Assembly (NCBI GenBank): GCA_946411635.1
Contig: CAMKES010000010.1
Span: forward strand, 6,446 to 70,445
DNA length: 64,000 bases
From: an uncultured Clostridia bacterium
Lineage (GTDB): Bacteria > Bacillota > Clostridia > Christensenellales > CAG-138
Direction: 5' to 3'
Within the stretch, counting starts at the first letter, position 1. Each line of letters opens with the position of its first letter. Both the position numbers and the translations under genes were made by a program. This document shows, in pieces, positions 62,597 to 64,000 of this stretch. The notes beneath the pieces were generated by a model. It did not search any database and had not been told where the DNA came from. It was given only the letters and a program-made list of their open reading frames with translations.

Positions 62597-63043
62597 TTAC
62601 CGAATCGTCATTGCAAGTTCGATCTCGTCCTCGTCCTCGTTTCCGGTCGCGGCAAAGCCCTTGCTTTCATAGAGCTTCCTCGCGGCGGGATTGCCTTTGC
62701 TGCAGGTCAGCGCGATCCGGTCCGAATCGCCGAACGGCTTCGTCCGGATGTATTCGATCACGCGGTCCAAAGCGTCGCCGCCGCAGCCGCGTCCCTGTTC
62801 CGATGCGTCGATCATCATGTGCCAGATATCGTACTCGGGGACGTCATAATCGTAGATCACCATGACGTATCCGACCATCTTTCCCTCGACATAAATGCCG
62901 AACGGCTGACATTGATTCCGGTAAACGTACGCCTGTGCAAGACTGCGGATCGGGTGAGATACGAAGGATTCCTGCCCCGGTGCGAGCTTGAGACGGAATG
63001 CGTCTTTGAAGTTCTCCTCTGTGATCGGTCTGAGTTCTGTCAT
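62597..63043 (-). CDS. GNAT-family N-acetyltransferase (diamine/spermidine acetyltransferase-like)
   Basis: The start is at MTELRPITEENF (GGGGGA upstream). The QGRGCGGDAL acetyl-CoA motif is present. Confidence 0.8.
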   Translation of the reverse strand: MTELRPITEENFKDAFRLKLAPGQESFVSHPIRSLAQAYVYRNQCQPFGIYVEGKMVGYVMVIYDYDVPEYDIWHMMIDASEQGRGCGGDALDRVIEYIRTKPFGDSDRIALTCSKGNPAARKLYESKGFAATGNEDEDEIELAMTIR

Positions 63044-63075
63044 CGTTTTCCCCCATAAGTAGGACTTCTGATGAG

Positions 63076-63104
63076 AGTATACCACGTTTCCCCTGCGCCT
63101 TCAA
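63076..63104 (-). promoter_or_regulatory. Sigma-A type promoter of the GNAT/oxidoreductase/fusion-enzyme operon
   Basis: Minus strand reads TTGAAG, a 17-nt spacer, then TGgTATACT (extended -10), about 30 nt upstream of the first GNAT ATG. Confidence 0.55.
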
Positions 63105-63136
63105 TAATCAACAATTCCGACGGAGAAATTGAAAAA

Positions 63137-63271
63137 GGCTCGGTCACGGCATGAACCGCAAACGATTGGTAACGATGCGGAGGCGTTGTGAGGGCGTTTA
63201 CAACCGAACAGCCGAAGCAAGTGTGATCGTTTGCGGAAAGGAGCCGCAGCGGAACAAAGCGCCGCGGTGAC
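63137..63271. other. Large imperfect stem-loop element (unassigned)
   Basis: An 11-bp helix CCGCAAACGAT (63156-63166) / ATCGTTTGCGG (63226-63236) encloses a GTTGT..ACAAC sub-hairpin. Flanking GGCTC/GAGCC and GTCAC/GTGAC complementarities are present. Confidence 0.5.
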
Positions 63272-63280
63272 TTGTTTATG

Positions 63281-63321
63281 AAATAATAAAGTCGCCGCAA
63301 GCAGGTGAAGCTTGCGGCGAC
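63281..63321 (-). terminator. Strong rho-independent terminator (minus strand)
   Basis: A 12-bp perfect stem GTCGCCGCAAGC/GCTTGCGGCGAC with a 7-nt loop. It is followed on the minus strand by UUUAUUAUUU. Confidence 0.65.
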
Positions 63322-63322
63322 G

Positions 63323-63425
63323 TGGTGGAGGCGGGGAGAGTCGCTTCTCGCTGCGGCTCGGTCACGGCGCGGCTCTGAAGCCGCACTGCGGCTTCATTCA
63401 CCTCCGCGCCGAGTTCGACTCTCCC
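63323..63425. other. About 100-nt imperfect palindrome with a tRNA/tmRNA acceptor-like end (no canonical cloverleaf)
   Basis: The minus strand ends ...GCGACUCUCCCCGCCUCCACCA one nt before the terminator hairpin. A 5' GGAGGUG (63399-63405) can pair with CGCCUCC. The outer 10-bp pair is GGGAGAGTCG/CGACTCTCCC and the central 9-bp hairpin is at 63376-63396. The plus strand carries GAGTTCGACTCTC, a T-loop-like string. Confidence 0.35.
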
Positions 63426-63435
63426 TTCCCTTTGC

Positions 63436-63469
63436 AAAAAAAAGGGCAAGAATGCCCTGTTTTATTTTT
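63436..63469. terminator. Bidirectional terminator-like hairpin
   Basis: A8, GGGCA, AGAA, TGCCC, then TGTTTTATTTTT. Confidence 0.6.
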
Positions 63470-63492
63470 GGCTAAAGATTGCTATTTCAACA

Positions 63493-63537
63493 AGAAAACC
63501 CGCATCGTTACATTTCGTAACGCTGCGGATTTTCTTT
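63493..63537. terminator. Terminator-like hairpin downstream of the XRE-family gene
   Basis: CCGCATCGTTAC atttc GTAACGCTGCGG (one mismatch) with U-rich flanks on both strands. Confidence 0.55.
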
Positions 63538-63595
63538 TGCTTCTCAATAGTAGTAAAGAAGTGTCTTTTGACGAGATTCACCGGGCATTCCAATC

Positions 63596-63802
63596 TCAGA
63601 AGTAGAATAGCTCTTCAAACTTTCTATCCAAAGCGATGCATAGAATCAACGCAAGCTTCGCTGTCGGGCCGAACTGTCCTGTTTCTATTGAACTGATGGT
63701 GTTTCTGGAAACACCGACCATCTTTGCCAATTCCGACTGTGACAGTCCTTTCTCTTTCCTGACTTCTGCGAGATTGTTACGTAGAATCAGCTCGTCTTCC
63801 AT
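63596..63802 (-). CDS. Small XRE-family HTH transcriptional regulator (YozG-like)
   Basis: 68 aa. LSQSELAKMVGVSRNTISSIETGQ is a Cro/C1-type HTH. Its start lies 1 nt after the stop of the upstream membrane-protein gene. Confidence 0.85.
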   Translation of the reverse strand: MEDELILRNNLAEVRKEKGLSQSELAKMVGVSRNTISSIETGQFGPTAKLALILCIALDRKFEELFYF

Positions 63803-63803
63803 A

Positions 63804-64000
63804 TCAGATTACCCCGCTCAACTGAAGAATCCACATGACCAGCATCGATAATGCCAGAACACCCCAGATGATCGCAGCGACCAGTTCATGGCGCCGCCGA
63901 AGCCTGAGGTATTTAACCGTGAAAATGACGAACGGCATTGAAAACAGCGCGAAATCAGCGCCTCTGTTTACATAGTGTAGTACGAATCCGTTTACGGTAT
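63804..64000 (-). CDS. Hydrophobic membrane protein, C-terminal part only (DUF2975-like by context, tentative)
   Basis: My manual translation of the minus strand gives ...FVLHYVNRGADFALFSMPFVIFTVKYLRLRRRHELVAAIIWGVLALSMLVMWILQLSGVI*. It is truncated by the window edge. Pairing of a membrane protein with a ~70-aa XRE regulator is a common Firmicute arrangement. Confidence 0.5.
   Translation of the reverse strand, partial: TVNGFVLHYVNRGADFALFSMPFVIFTVKYLRLRRRHELVAAIIWGVLALSMLVMWILQLSGVI

Noticed and set aside
63323-63405. Possible tRNA, tRNA-Sec or tmRNA gene on the minus strand (acceptor-like GGAGGUG/CGCCUCC plus ACCA, and a UCA-containing loop GCGGC-UUCAGA-GCCGC).
   Set aside because: The candidate anticodon loop has 6 nt, not 7. 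The T-loop position reads AGCGACU with only a 4-bp stem. No D-arm can be drawn, and an 8-bp Sec-type acceptor does not form. About 82 nt is far too short for tmRNA. I keep it only as an unassigned tRNA-like element; see findings.
63312-63605. 97-aa plus-strand ORF (MRRRGGGGESRF...).
   Set aside because: It spans the palindrome and two terminator hairpins and crosses the G+C break. It has no SD and the sequence is implausible for a protein.

Overview
This is a gene-dense, visibly high-G+C bacterial chromosome segment. Gene content (remA, yabM/yabN-like genes, Stp/PrkC, pcrA-ligA, bifurcating-type [FeFe]-hydrogenase) suggests an anaerobic Firmicute of the Clostridia; that assignment is inference only. 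I call about 60 CDS.

Housekeeping blocks:
- hup
- yabN/yabM-like genes
- pyrR-pyrP with a PyrR attenuator
- DUF4364-pcrA-ligA
- yicC-remA-gmk-rpoZ-priA
- def-fmt-rsmB-rlmN-stp-prkC-rsgA-rpe
- dGTPase-dnaG-rpoD-trpS-SDR

Accessory or less ordinary blocks:
- An ABC exporter pair plus a membrane-tethered XRE/LiaF-like regulator sits between priA and def. Five phased direct repeats lie in the regulator's promoter region.
- A small ArsR(DUF2087) operon has a perfect palindromic operator.
- A cell-envelope cassette combines an LCP protein, a GT2-GtrA fusion and a phosphodiester glycosidase.
- A ten-gene [FeFe]-hydrogenase operon has a putative sensory hydrogenase, two DRTGG proteins, two kinase-like ATPases and a PHP phosphoesterase embedded between the HydC and HydB/HydA structural genes. 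This is the most interesting system in the window.
- A five-gene operon carries membrane-anchored EEP and PI-PLC enzymes plus a LURP-one/scramblase-like protein.
- An acyltransferase-rich operon includes a double-GNAT/P-loop-kinase fusion.
- A hairpin-dense, tRNA/tmRNA-acceptor-like intergenic block sits at a compositional break near the 3' end of the window.

I found no rRNA, canonical tRNA, CRISPR array, integrase or transposase. Many very long ORFs in the six-frame track are antisense artefacts of the high G+C content.
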